A DNA stretch of 64,000 bases from Vulcanimicrobiota bacterium (GCA_963833095.1 CAWHWQ010000001.1:352001-416000); one strand, 5' to 3'; counted from the first letter of the stretch, positions 51,371-61,554 are shown. The notes: generated by a model from the letters alone, not told the origin. Translations and numbers: made by a program.

Positions 51371-51973
51371 GTGGAAAGCCAAACGATCGAAGCACCACCG
51401 ACGGTGGTGCTGATCCCGAAGAATCGCGGACTCGCCGCGATGGCCGAGTGCGCACTGCGCACCTGCGCCCCGCGCGGAGCGTTCGAACGGACTTTCGTGC
51501 GTGGCGAAGACGTGCCGTTGATTGCAAACGAAGTCGCGCGCAGCGGACGACCCGTGCTCGCGCTCACCGGCGAGGATCTGCTCGAAGAGTGGCTGGCTGC
51601 CGGACGCGCACTCGATCGGCGCATCGTTCGTAGGAGCGTCACCTGGAACGATCCGCGTGCGCGGTACGGAAAGCCCGCCCTCTGCCTCATCGGGCCGGCC
51701 GGCACGGAGCTTCCGCAACGCGGCGTCGTGCGCGTAGCGCTCTGCTCAAAATATGAAAATCTCGCGCGCCGTTACCTGCGCACGCTGGAAACACGGGACC
51801 TGCGCATCGAACCCGTCGCGATTGCCGGCACGGTGGAAGCGGCGATCCTCCATGACATCGCCGACTTTATGATCGATATCGTCGTGACGGGAACCACGAT
51901 CGACGAGCTGGGCCTAGACGTCCGCTCGGTGATCATGACTAGCGACCTTGCGCTGCTCGAGGCCCGGCAATGA
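51371..51973 (+). CDS. hisG: ATP phosphoribosyltransferase, divergent short form
   Basis: IPK, RGEDVP, TGEDLLEE, SKY, GTVE, AD..IDIVVTGTT..GL. Confidence 0.78.
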   Translation: MESQTIEAPPTVVLIPKNRGLAAMAECALRTCAPRGAFERTFVRGEDVPLIANEVARSGRPVLALTGEDLLEEWLAAGRALDRRIVRRSVTWNDPRARYGKPALCLIGPAGTELPQRGVVRVALCSKYENLARRYLRTLETRDLRIEPVAIAGTVEAAILHDIADFMIDIVVTGTTIDELGLDVRSVIMTSDLALLEARQ

Positions 51974-53058
51974 GCGTGCAGATACGGCCGGCAGTCGCCG
52001 TGGTCCCCGACTACGATCCACGCGATCTCACCGACGACGGCATCATCATTCGCCTCCATCGCAACGAAGGCGCGCTTCCGCCCCCGGAGTTCGTGCTCGA
52101 GGCAATCCGCGCGGTTGATGCCGAGACGCTGCGCACCTATCCCACGTCCTTGCAGCGCGACGTCACGGCTCGGCTAGCCGCGCGCTTTTCGCGCGACGAC
52201 GATACCCTCGTCCTCGCCAACGGCGCAGATGAAATCCTCGCTGCCTGTGCGCGTATCATGCTCGACCCCGGCGACGTCGCGCTGACGCTCACGCCGACCT
52301 TTGGTATGTACGGACGCATCGTTGCTTTGGCGGGCGCGCAAGTGCGCCGCGTGCCCTATGCAAAGCGCTGGCGATTCGAGCCGCTCGAATTGATCCAGGC
52401 GGCGGACGAACGGACGCGACTGGTCATCCTCGGTCATCCGAACAACCCCACCACCGACCCGTTGCGCATCGGCGATCTTGCCGCGGTAGCCCGCGCGTTG
52501 CCCGATGCGCTCATCCTCGTCGACGAAGTCTACCTCGCGTTTTCGGTGCGCTCCCTTGCGCGCGAAGCAGCGATGTTCGCGAACGTCGTCGTCATCGGTT
52601 CGTTTTCGAAGTGCGCCTCGCTGGCCGGAGCGCGCTTAGGTTATGCGCTTGCGCCGCCGGCCATCGCAGCCGCGTTGCGCCGCTCACTTGGACCATATCC
52701 GGTAAGCGCGCTGAGCCTGCTCGTAGCGCAGGCTTACTTGCGTGACCCCTCACGAACGCGCAGCTTCGAAACGCAGCTCGAAGCGCAGGTGGCGCGCAGT
52801 CTCGATGCGTTTGAAAGTGCCTTTGCGCCATTTGCCATCGAGATCTGGCGCGGACCAGCAAACTTTTTGCTGGTCGACTGCGGGACGGCCGCTCCTGCGA
52901 TTCGCGACGCACTCGCGCTGCGCGGCATCGCCGTCCGGGTCTTCGATGATCCGATGCTTGCCGGCATGCTGCGCGTGAGCGCCACCAACGATGAAGCTAC
53001 CGACACCGTCGTGCGGGCGCTTCGCACCATCGCCTCCGAGGTGGCCAGCTATGCGTAG
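51970..53058 (+). CDS. hisC: Histidinol-phosphate aminotransferase
   Basis: RLHRNE, NGADE, PTFGMY, PNNPT, DEVY, SFSK..LAGARLGY. Confidence 0.9.
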   Translation: MSVQIRPAVAVVPDYDPRDLTDDGIIIRLHRNEGALPPPEFVLEAIRAVDAETLRTYPTSLQRDVTARLAARFSRDDDTLVLANGADEILAACARIMLDPGDVALTLTPTFGMYGRIVALAGAQVRRVPYAKRWRFEPLELIQAADERTRLVILGHPNNPTTDPLRIGDLAAVARALPDALILVDEVYLAFSVRSLAREAAMFANVVVIGSFSKCASLAGARLGYALAPPAIAAALRRSLGPYPVSALSLLVAQAYLRDPSRTRSFETQLEAQVARSLDAFESAFAPFAIEIWRGPANFLLVDCGTAAPAIRDALALRGIAVRVFDDPMLAGMLRVSATNDEATDTVVRALRTIASEVASYA

Positions 53059-53635
53059 CGCGTCGCGCCTTCGTCAAACCACCGAGACCAGCGTTCGTGT
53101 CGCGCTGACGTTGGACGGCGAGCCCAAGGTCCGCATCGAGACCGGCCTGCTGATGCTCGACCACCTGCTCGCGCAATTCGCATTTCACGCGCGCGCCGGC
53201 CTCGAGATCGAAGCGCGCTCGCTCGACGCAATTCGCCACCACTTGATCGAAGATGTCGCAATCGTCCTTGGCGCTGCACTGGACGAAGCGCTCGGTGACC
53301 GTTCGCAGATCGCTCGCTATGGCGAGGTCACGCTGCCGATGGACGATGCGCTGGTACGCGTCGCGGTCGATTTAGGCGGACGCATCTATGCGCGCACCGC
53401 GCTCGATCTACGCGTCGAGCGCATCGAAGATCTCGAAACGGTCATGATCGCCCACGTTATCGGCAGTCTTGCCGCTAACGCTCGCGCGACGATTCACGTC
53501 GATCGGCTCGCCGGCGAGGATCCGCACCACCTTGTTGAAGCCGCGTTCAAAGCGCTCGGTCGCGCGTGCGCGCGAGGGTGGACGCTGGACCCACGGTTCG
53601 ACGGGGTGGCGTCGACCAAAGGCGTGCTTACGTGA
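53051..53635 (+). CDS. hisB: Imidazoleglycerol-phosphate dehydratase
   Basis: RQTTET, HHLIED, PMDD, HHLVEAAFKA, STKG. Confidence 0.93.
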   Translation: MRSASRLRQTTETSVRVALTLDGEPKVRIETGLLMLDHLLAQFAFHARAGLEIEARSLDAIRHHLIEDVAIVLGAALDEALGDRSQIARYGEVTLPMDDALVRVAVDLGGRIYARTALDLRVERIEDLETVMIAHVIGSLAANARATIHVDRLAGEDPHHLVEAAFKALGRACARGWTLDPRFDGVASTKGVLT

Positions 53636-54240
53636 GTATAACGGTGGGTATCGTGACCCTCGGCGCGGCGAACCGGCGGAGCATCGAAGCCGCCCTCACG
53701 CGCGCCGGCGCGACGACGCGTTTCATCGACGAGCCGTTCGCGGTCGGTTCCTGCGATGCGCTGGTGCTTCCCGGGGTTGCGAACTTCGGGTACGTCGCGC
53801 AGGAGCTCGATCGCACCGGGATGCGCCCGGCGTTGATCGAGGCGATTACCTTCGGCATTCCGCTACTGGGCATTTGCGTCGGCTTTCAACTGCTCTTTGA
53901 ACGCAGTGACGAAGCGCCCGCGGCACGCGGACTCGGCGTCTTTGCCGGAGCCGTGCGACGCTTGCGCACACCCTGCGTCCCGCACATGGGCTGGAATCGC
54001 GTCGATCCGCAAAGCGCAGCGATCGAGCAAGGTTGGGCGTATTTTGCCAACGCCTATGCGCCCGATGCCTGCGTGCGTGATGCAATTGCGACGACGCACG
54101 ACGGCGAGGACACCTTTACCAGCGCTGCCGCGCGTGGCAACGTCTTGGGCTTCCAATTCCACCCCGAACGGAGTAGCGCGTACGGCGCCCAGCTCCTGGC
54201 GTCGTTCGTGCAAAGCGCAGAGGTCGCATATGCCCGCTAA
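53632..54240 (+). CDS. hisH: Imidazole glycerol phosphate synthase, glutaminase subunit
   Basis: LPGV, GICVGFQ, PHMGWN, QFHPE. Confidence 0.92.
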   Translation: MSITVGIVTLGAANRRSIEAALTRAGATTRFIDEPFAVGSCDALVLPGVANFGYVAQELDRTGMRPALIEAITFGIPLLGICVGFQLLFERSDEAPAARGLGVFAGAVRRLRTPCVPHMGWNRVDPQSAAIEQGWAYFANAYAPDACVRDAIATTHDGEDTFTSAAARGNVLGFQFHPERSSAYGAQLLASFVQSAEVAYAR

Positions 54241-54982
54241 ACGGATCATTGCCTGCCTGGATATTCGCGATGGCCGCATCGTCAAAGGGCGGCAGTTCGC
54301 CGGCTTGCGCGACGCGGGCGATCCGGTGGAGCGTGCGCTGCGCTATCGCGACGACGGCATCGATGAGATCGTCGTGCTCGACGTTTCGGCGACCCTCGAA
54401 TCGCGTTTAGCAAACGTGCGCACGATCGAGGCGATCGCTGCTGCGCTCGACGTGCCGCTTACGGTGGGCGGTGGGGTGCGCGGTCTTGACGACGTTGCGC
54501 GTTTGCTCAACGCCGGCGCCGACAAGGTCGCCATCAACAGCGCGGCACTCGAACGGCCCGAACTGCTCAGCGAAGCGGCGGCACGATTCGGCTCGCAGTG
54601 CGTCGTGATTTCGGTGGATGCGTATCGAAACGGGAACGGATACGCGGTCGCAAGCCATAGCGCGAGCCGGCCGCAGCCGCGCAATGCCGACGCGTGGGCG
54701 CGTGAGGCGCAAGATCTCGGCGCGGGAGAGGTCTTGCTTACCTCGATCGATCGCGACGGCGGACGCGAAGGCTTTGATCTGGAGCTCATTGCGCAAGTGC
54801 GAGGCGTTGTCAGCGTTCCTGTTGTCGCATCCGGGGGCGCCTCGACGCCGGAGAGTTTCGCACAAGCCCTGCTCGCCGGGGCCGACGCAGCGCTGGGCGC
54901 ATCGATCTTTCACAACGGCGAAGCGAGCGCGAGCGACGTGAAAGACGCCTGCCGTGCCGGCGGTGTGGTGGTCCGTCCGTGA
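54230..54982 (+). CDS. hisF: Imidazole glycerol phosphate synthase, cyclase subunit
   Basis: KRIIACLD, GDPVE, PLTVGGG, TSIDRDG, VASGG. Confidence 0.95.
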   Translation: MPAKRIIACLDIRDGRIVKGRQFAGLRDAGDPVERALRYRDDGIDEIVVLDVSATLESRLANVRTIEAIAAALDVPLTVGGGVRGLDDVARLLNAGADKVAINSAALERPELLSEAAARFGSQCVVISVDAYRNGNGYAVASHSASRPQPRNADAWAREAQDLGAGEVLLTSIDRDGGREGFDLELIAQVRGVVSVPVVASGGASTPESFAQALLAGADAALGASIFHNGEASASDVKDACRAGGVVVRP

Positions 54983-56205
54983 TCGTTGCCAGCATCGACT
55001 TGCGCGGCGGCAAAGCCGTGCAACTTCGGCAGGGACGCGAACTCGTGCTCGAACGTGACGACGTTATCGATTTGGCGATTCGCTTTGGGCGACTTGGTGA
55101 AATCGCCGTCATCGACCTCGATGGCGCGTTTGGCGAAGGCGAAAACACCGAGTTGATTCTGCGCCTGTGCCGCCTTGCGCGTTGTCGCGTCGGGGGCGGG
55201 ATTCGCGACGTTGATCGGGCAAAACGCCTCTTACGCGGGGGCGCCGTCTCGGTCATCATCGGCACGGCTGCTCGCGAGGAGTTCCTCGCGCAACTCCCGC
55301 GCGATCGCGTGCTGGTTGCGCTCGATACGCGCGACGGACACGTCGCAGTCGACGGATGGCGTAGCTCGACGGGTGAGACCCCGACCCAACGCGCCGCGCG
55401 TCTGCAGCCGTACTGCGCGGGCTTTCTTTACACCGACATCGAGCGCGAAGGAATGCTGGCCGGCATCGACCTTTCCGCCGCAGCCGCGCTGCGTGAAAGC
55501 GTGAGCGGATCGCTCACCCTCGCCGGCGGCGTTACCACCATCGAGGAGATCGTCGCGCTCGATCGCTTAGGCATCGACGCCCAAGTCGGCATGGCATTGT
55601 ACACCGGGTCGATCGATCCGATCGATGCGTTCGTTGCGACGGTCGATTTCTCGCGCGGAGACGGTCTGATCCCCACGGTCGTGTGCGATGCGGGCGATCG
55701 CAGCGTACGAATGCTGGCCTACTCGAATGCCGAATCGCTTGGGATCGCGCTTCGCGAAGGGATCGGCGCGTATTGGAGCCGGCGCCGCGACGAGATTTGG
55801 CGCAAAGGCGAAACCTCCGGCGCGACGCAGCGCCTGATGCGCGTCGAGCCCGACTGCGATCGCGATGCGCTCACGTTTTACGTCGATCAATCCGGCGCAA
55901 CGTGTCATACCGGTGCGCCGCGCTGTTTTGGAACGCCGGCGTTTTCGTGGAACACGCTGCTCGGACGGATCGAACAACGAGCAAGCAACGGCAACGAGCG
56001 GTCCTACACGCGAAAACTCCTGGCTGACCCAGCGCTTTTGCGTGAGAAGCTGCTCGAAGAATCGGCCGAGGTCGCCGAAGCCGTGACGCACGACGAGGTC
56101 GCTTGGGAATGCGCCGACCTCCTCTACTTCTTGTCGGTCCGCATGAAACAGGCCGGCGTTGGGATCGACGACGTCATGGCCCAACTTGCGTCACGGGCGC
56201 TATGA
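54979..56205 (+). CDS. HisA-HisI-HisE fusion protein
   Basis: HisA barrel (SIDL..GKAV, DLD, VGGGIR, TDIEREG), HisI (KGETSG..DCDRD..CHTG..CF), HisE (SYT..KLLEE..E..DL). Confidence 0.88.
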   Translation: MIVASIDLRGGKAVQLRQGRELVLERDDVIDLAIRFGRLGEIAVIDLDGAFGEGENTELILRLCRLARCRVGGGIRDVDRAKRLLRGGAVSVIIGTAAREEFLAQLPRDRVLVALDTRDGHVAVDGWRSSTGETPTQRAARLQPYCAGFLYTDIEREGMLAGIDLSAAAALRESVSGSLTLAGGVTTIEEIVALDRLGIDAQVGMALYTGSIDPIDAFVATVDFSRGDGLIPTVVCDAGDRSVRMLAYSNAESLGIALREGIGAYWSRRRDEIWRKGETSGATQRLMRVEPDCDRDALTFYVDQSGATCHTGAPRCFGTPAFSWNTLLGRIEQRASNGNERSYTRKLLADPALLREKLLEESAEVAEAVTHDEVAWECADLLYFLSVRMKQAGVGIDDVMAQLASRAL

Positions 56206-57428
56206 TCGAACGCTCCGTTGAGGACGTCCTCGCTCGCCCACCTGCGACGCAATCGCTCGACGTGCAGCCGATCATCGCCGCGGTGCGCGAGCGCGGCGAC
56301 GCGGCGCTGGCGGAGTACGCCCGCGCGTTTGGCGATCCGCCGCCGCGCCGCGTCGATCGCGACGAGATCGAAGCCGCGTACGCAACGTGCGATGGCGCGC
56401 TGCGCGACGCGATGAGCGCAGCGGCATCGCGCATCGAACGGTTCGCCAGCGCGCAGCGCGATGCGCTCGCCGATGTTACGATTCGCGAAAACGGACTAGA
56501 ACTCGGACACCGCGCCGTGCCGCTCGAGCGCGTCGGTATCTACGTACCCGCCGGACGCCATCCGCTGCCCTCGTCATTGCTCATGGGTGCGATCCCAGCG
56601 CAGGTTGCCGGCGTGCGCGAACGGGTTGTCTGCACGCCGCGCGCGGGTCGTGAAGTTTTGGCTGCGGCGCACGTGGCCGGCATTGATGAGGTCTTTGAAG
56701 TCGGCGGCGCGCAGGCGATCGCCGCGCTCGCCTACGGCACGCAGCGTATCGCGCGCGTCGATCTCATCGTAGGCCCGGGAAATGCCTACGTCACCGCTGC
56801 AAAGCGCGCGGTGTTCGGGACGTGCGGCATCGACGCGCTCGCCGGCCCATCCGAGATTGCCATCGTCGCCTCCGGCGATGCGAACGCGGATTTGGTTGCC
56901 GCCGACATGCTCGCGCAAGCCGAGCACGATCCGGATGCGCGCGCCCTGTTGATTACGGACGACCGTACCTTCGCGCAAGCAGTCGGCCAGCGAATCGACG
57001 AGCGCCTGACACAACTCGAGACCGCTGCGACGGCGCGTCTGTCACTCGAACGATCCGGAGGGTTCGTGCTACTCGCGCTCGAGGATGCCCCTGGCTTCTG
57101 CAATCGGCTCGCTCCCGAGCATCTCTCGCTACAAGGGACTCGCGCCGAAGCGCTCGCACCGCGCTGCTCCACGTACGGTACGCTGTTCGTCGGCGAGGCC
57201 GCAGCCGAAGTCTTTGGCGACTACGGTAGCGGCCCGAATCACGTCTTGCCGACCGGCGGAACGGCGCGCTTTTCGTCGGGGCTTTCGGTGATGAACTTTC
57301 TTACGCTGCGCACTTTCGAGCGCTCGCTCGGGAATGCAGATCGCCGCATCGCGAACGATGCGGCGATTCTTGCACAAGCGGAGGGCCTTGCGGCTCACCG
57401 CGATGCTGCGTTAGCGCGGACGTCCTGA
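56202..57428 (+). CDS. hisD: Histidinol dehydrogenase
   Basis: VGIYVPAG, GGAQAIA, GPGNAYV, AGPSE, QAEHD, PEHL, GPNHVLPT. Confidence 0.96.
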   Translation: MIERSVEDVLARPPATQSLDVQPIIAAVRERGDAALAEYARAFGDPPPRRVDRDEIEAAYATCDGALRDAMSAAASRIERFASAQRDALADVTIRENGLELGHRAVPLERVGIYVPAGRHPLPSSLLMGAIPAQVAGVRERVVCTPRAGREVLAAAHVAGIDEVFEVGGAQAIAALAYGTQRIARVDLIVGPGNAYVTAAKRAVFGTCGIDALAGPSEIAIVASGDANADLVAADMLAQAEHDPDARALLITDDRTFAQAVGQRIDERLTQLETAATARLSLERSGGFVLLALEDAPGFCNRLAPEHLSLQGTRAEALAPRCSTYGTLFVGEAAAEVFGDYGSGPNHVLPTGGTARFSSGLSVMNFLTLRTFERSLGNADRRIANDAAILAQAEGLAAHRDAALARTS

Positions 57429-58637
57429 CGGACGCGGCGCCGGGTGCGCCGGGGCTGCGTGCGCCGGTGCCGGATGCGCGGCCGGCTGCGGACGCGCAGC
57501 GGGAGCCGCGTGCGGTTGCGGGTTATACGCGTGCTGGACCGGAGCGGCATGGTACTGCGGCGCAGCGTGTTGCTGGACCGGAGCAGCGTGGTGTTGAACC
57601 GGAGCGGCATGCTGCACCGGAGCGGCATGCTGCACCGGAGCGGCATGCTGCACCGGAGCTGCGTGGTGTTCGACCGGCGCAGCATGTTGCACCGGAGCTG
57701 CGTGATGTTCTACCGGCGCGGCATGTGCCGCGGCAGCGTGTTGAACCGGCGCCGCGTGATGTTCTACCGGCGCGGCATGCGCCGCAGCAGCGTGTTGCGC
57801 CGGAGCCGCGTGATGTTCTACCGGCGCGGCATGTGCCGCAGCGGCGTGTTGCGCTGGAGCAGCGTGTTGCATCGGAGCGGCGTGTTGCTGAGCCGTTGCT
57901 GCATGGTACGCAGGCGGCACATGCTGCGCGCTATACGGGCGCTGTGCGGCGGCAATACTTGCCGCGGGCCGTCCGTGATTGGTCGAAGAACGGAACGCCG
58001 GATCGTTTCGCGCGTAGGTCGCGTGTTGCGTCTGCTGCGCGGTCATCCCGGAACGCCGTTCCGCATAGGCCCGATTCTGCGCGGCACTTGGCCGAGCATC
58101 GATCCCGTGCGGTCCGCCGTTGTACGCGACGCGATTGTTCCAACTGCGACGGGCGGACGGATCGGAATAGACGTAGCCACCGACCACGTTGCTGTTGACG
58201 TTGGTCACGGAGCGATTGTATTCGAAGTCGCGCCCGTGCCAGCGACCGCCGCTGTAACCGTTGCCGTAGTAGCCGTAGCCATAGTTAATGCCACCATAGA
58301 AGCCGACCGACGGACCCCAATATCCAGGATCCCATGCGTACATGCCATCATTGAAGGCCCAGTATCCGGGCGTCCAATACAGGCCGACCGATGGGGCCTC
58401 AACCCAAGTTCCCGGGACCCAGTAGTAGCCGTCAACCGGATCCCACGCCCAATAGCCAGGCTGCCAAATCCAGTTTGGTCCCGGCGCCACCGGCTGGTAG
58501 TAGTCTGGAATTGCCGGTGGCCCGAAGGCGACGGAAATGCCCACAGATACCTGGGCGCTCGCCGGTGCGGGAGCAATCCCGACGAACAACATGCAGGCGA
58601 CCGCCAGCGTGCCGAGGGTTAAGACGAAGCGATTCAT
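57411..58637 (-). CDS. Secreted YXWGXW-repeat protein with His/Ala/Pro-rich tail
   Basis: Signal peptide; WIWQPGYW, YYWVPGTW, LYWTPGYW; GFYGGINYGYG. Confidence 0.88.
   Translation of the reverse strand: MNRFVLTLGTLAVACMLFVGIAPAPASAQVSVGISVAFGPPAIPDYYQPVAPGPNWIWQPGYWAWDPVDGYYWVPGTWVEAPSVGLYWTPGYWAFNDGMYAWDPGYWGPSVGFYGGINYGYGYYGNGYSGGRWHGRDFEYNRSVTNVNSNVVGGYVYSDPSARRSWNNRVAYNGGPHGIDARPSAAQNRAYAERRSGMTAQQTQHATYARNDPAFRSSTNHGRPAASIAAAQRPYSAQHVPPAYHAATAQQHAAPMQHAAPAQHAAAAHAAPVEHHAAPAQHAAAAHAAPVEHHAAPVQHAAAAHAAPVEHHAAPVQHAAPVEHHAAPVQHAAPVQHAAPVQHAAPVQHHAAPVQQHAAPQYHAAPVQHAYNPQPHAAPAARPQPAAHPAPAHAAPAHPAPRPSGRPR
57530..57890 (-). repeat. Coding tandem repeats QHAAPV / EHHAAPV / QHAAAAHAAPV
   Basis: 18-, 21- and 33-bp units, e.g. 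GCACCGGAGCGGCATGCT repeated near 57600-57650. Confidence 0.9.
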
Positions 58638-58721
58638 GAGTTTGTGTCCTCTCGATGGAGCCCTAGCTCTATACCCGTTAACGGTCTCCATACCCAAGGT
58701 GGTCCCAAACTCACCGGACTC

Positions 58722-59285
58722 TCATGCGCGTCCTTCGTAGAAGCACCGCGCGCACATCGGACGATATTCTACATCTCCCTCGATCGCAACCTGATCGCCG
58801 GCAAACAAGCGCTCTCCGTTAACGAAGCGTGGATTCATCGTCGCCTTGCGTCCGCAGGAGCACACGTTCTTCAACTCTTCGACGCTGTCGGCGAGCGTAA
58901 GCAAGTAGGCCGATCCCGGAAACGGTTCTCCAAGGAAGTCGCTGCGAATTCCGTAGCAAATGACGGGTATGCCCAGCAGATGCGCGCCGCGATGCAGCTG
59001 GCGCACCTGCACGGGCGTGAGAAACTGCGCTTCGTCGATAAGCACGCAGGCGATTTCTTGCATCTCCGACATGGCGGCGAAGAAATCAAACGCCGCATCG
59101 AATGTCAACGCCGGGCGCTTGGGTCCAATACGCGACGTAATGACTCCCTCTCCAAATCGATGGTCGATTGCCGAGGTGAAGAGCGCTACCTTTTGGTTAT
59201 GCTCTTCGTAGTTATGGGCAACTTGAATGAGCGCAGTCGATTTGCCCGCATTCATTGCAGAGTAACGGAAATAAAGCTTTGCCAT
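58722..59285 (-). CDS. tdk: Thymidine kinase
   Basis: AMNAGKST, DEAQF, CYG, CSCG..CARC. Confidence 0.95.
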   Translation of the reverse strand: MAKLYFRYSAMNAGKSTALIQVAHNYEEHNQKVALFTSAIDHRFGEGVITSRIGPKRPALTFDAAFDFFAAMSEMQEIACVLIDEAQFLTPVQVRQLHRGAHLLGIPVICYGIRSDFLGEPFPGSAYLLTLADSVEELKNVCSCGRKATMNPRFVNGERLFAGDQVAIEGDVEYRPMCARCFYEGRA

Positions 59286-59299
59286 AGATACCGGCTACG

Positions 59300-60475
59300 T
59301 TAGGAACGCAGGGCCGCAAACGCCTCGAGCGCGCGATCCATTTCGTCAGTGGTCAGCGCCGCCGAGAGCTGCGTGCGTATGCGTGCGGTTCCCTCGGGCA
59401 CGACCGGGAAACCGAAGCCGGTCACGAACACTCCTCGTTTGAGCAATGTATCGCTCATCGCAATCGCGACCGCCGTCTCGCCCACGATGATCGGGACGAT
59501 CGCGCTAGGACCGTCCAGCGGTTTGAATCCAAGCCGCAGCAGGCCCGCGCGGAAGTACGCGACGTTGTCACGCAGACGATCGACGAGCTCGGGATGGGCG
59601 TCAAGATACTCGATTGCCGCCAGCGAACTGCATGCAACCGTCGCCGGTAACGCGTTGGAAAACAACTGCGGGCGCGAACGCTGGGTCAACATGTCCACGA
59701 GCGCGTTGCTGCCGGCGACGAAACCTCCCGCCGCACCGCCGAGCGCCTTACCGAGAGTCCCGGTAATGATGTCGACGTCGCCGGTCAGGCCAAAGTGCTC
59801 GATCGTCCCGCGGCCGGTTTTGCCCATAACGCCGGTGCCGTGCGAATCGTCGACGACGCTCACCGCGCCATATTTCTTGCAGAGCGCAACGATCTGCGGA
59901 AGCTTTGCAAGCGATCCTTCCATCGAAAACACGCCGTCGGTGACGACGAGCATCGGTGCGCATCCTTGCGCAGCCTTGAGCTTCGCTTCGAGATCGGCCA
60001 TGTCGCCATGTTTGTACACGGCGCGTTTCGCTTTGCTCGCCAGGCGCACGCCGTCGATGATCGAAGCGTGGTTGAGCTCGTCGGAAATGATCGCGGATCC
60101 TTCTCCGCACACCGTTGCGAAGAGGCCTGTATTCGCGTTCCAGCACGACACGAACGTCAGCGAAGCTTGCGTGCCCAGGAAGGACGCGATTCGGTCTTCG
60201 AGCGTGCGGTGAATATCGAACGTCCCGCAGATAAAGCGCACTGACGCCGTGCCCGCACCATATTTCCTCAGGCCCTCGATCCCCGCCTCGACGACCTCGG
60301 CTTGATCGGAGAGCCCGAGATAATTGTTGCTCGAGAGCACGATCACGTCGCCCGCTTCTTCCATGTGCACTTCGGGCGCCATCGGCGTGGTCAAATGCCG
60401 CAAGTGTTTGTAGGTGCCCGCGGCCTTGAGCGCGTCGAGCTCACTTTGCAGTTGCGCATCAAACGCAGCGTTCAC
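59300..60475 (-). CDS. kbl: Glycine C-acetyltransferase
   Basis: SNNYLGL, SVRFICGT, NHASIIDG, DDSH, GTLGKALGG. Confidence 0.93.
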   Translation of the reverse strand: MNAAFDAQLQSELDALKAAGTYKHLRHLTTPMAPEVHMEEAGDVIVLSSNNYLGLSDQAEVVEAGIEGLRKYGAGTASVRFICGTFDIHRTLEDRIASFLGTQASLTFVSCWNANTGLFATVCGEGSAIISDELNHASIIDGVRLASKAKRAVYKHGDMADLEAKLKAAQGCAPMLVVTDGVFSMEGSLAKLPQIVALCKKYGAVSVVDDSHGTGVMGKTGRGTIEHFGLTGDVDIITGTLGKALGGAAGGFVAGSNALVDMLTQRSRPQLFSNALPATVACSSLAAIEYLDAHPELVDRLRDNVAYFRAGLLRLGFKPLDGPSAIVPIIVGETAVAIAMSDTLLKRGVFVTGFGFPVVPEGTARIRTQLSAALTTDEMDRALEAFAALRS

Positions 60476-61530
60476 TTTGCAATATCCCCTTTGACGTCGA
60501 GTACGATCTTCGCCGCTTCGCCGTTGCGCATCAGCTCAAAGGCTCGATCGAAGTCGCGCATCGGAAGCACGTGCGTGATGATCGGCCGAAGGTCGATGCG
60601 GCCGCTCTTGACGAGTGCCTGCGTCTGATACCACGTCTCGAACATTTTGCGTCCGTTGATGCCGAGCACCGTGAGCCCCTTGAAGATGATCCGCTCGGCG
60701 AGATTGAGATTGACACTATCGCCCGGAATGCCGAGCAACGCCGCCGTCCCTCCGTTGCGTACCATTTGCAGGCCCAAATCGATCGCACTGCCGCTTCCGG
60801 ACATTTCGAGCAGCACCTCAACACCGTCGCCGCTCGTGCGGCGCTTGATCTCGTTCACTAATCCCGATGCGCGCGAATCAAAGGTCTCGTCGGCGCCGAG
60901 GCGCTTAGCCAGTTCGAGCTTGGCCGGATTGACGTCGATTGCATAAACCGACGACGCGCCCGCCGCGCGCGCGACCGGAATGGCCATCAAGCCGATAGAG
61001 CCAACGCCGGTTATGACCACACTTTTGCCGCTCACGCCTGCCGCCATTACCGTGTGCACCGCGTTGCCGAGAGGATCGAACACCGCAGCAAACTCATCGG
61101 GAATCGCCGGGTCGAGTTTCCACACATTGTATTCGGGCATCGCGATGAACTCAGCAAACGCGCCGTCACAATCGACGCCGATGATTTTGACGTTTTCGCA
61201 GATATGGGCTTGACCGGTACGGCAGAGCACGCAAGTGAGATCGGCGATATGACCTTCTGCCGAGACGCGATCGCCTACGTTCACCGCGCGTACTGCGTCG
61301 CCAACCGCTTCGACTGTGCCCATGAATTCATGGCCAATCACTACGGGCGGACGAATCCGCGCCTGCGCCCAGTGATCCCACGAGTAGATATGGTGATCGG
61401 TGCCGCAGACACCCGCCTTCTCGACCCGGATCAGGACGTCGGTCGGACCGATCGAGGGAATGGGGACGGCGTGGAGTGTGAAACCGGGCTCAGGGCGGAG
61501 TTTCGAGAGAGCCTTCATCGTCGCTGCCAT
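60472..61530 (-). CDS. tdh: L-threonine 3-dehydrogenase
   Basis: CGTD.HIY.WD.WAQ, GHEF, DPLGNAVHT, GINGRKMFETW. Confidence 0.95.
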   Translation of the reverse strand: MAATMKALSKLRPEPGFTLHAVPIPSIGPTDVLIRVEKAGVCGTDHHIYSWDHWAQARIRPPVVIGHEFMGTVEAVGDAVRAVNVGDRVSAEGHIADLTCVLCRTGQAHICENVKIIGVDCDGAFAEFIAMPEYNVWKLDPAIPDEFAAVFDPLGNAVHTVMAAGVSGKSVVITGVGSIGLMAIPVARAAGASSVYAIDVNPAKLELAKRLGADETFDSRASGLVNEIKRRTSGDGVEVLLEMSGSGSAIDLGLQMVRNGGTAALLGIPGDSVNLNLAERIIFKGLTVLGINGRKMFETWYQTQALVKSGRIDLRPIITHVLPMRDFDRAFELMRNGEAAKIVLDVKGDIAK

Positions 61531-61554
61531 GTCGGCCGAACTAATTGTACGGAA

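Noticed and set aside
51205..51718. Minus-strand ORFs over the his leader region
   Set aside because: Antisense to hisL, the attenuator and hisG; the Met/Val run is the complement of the His codons.
57530..57890. CRISPR or non-coding repeat array
   Set aside because: Units are multiples of three and lie in frame within the YXWGXW protein.
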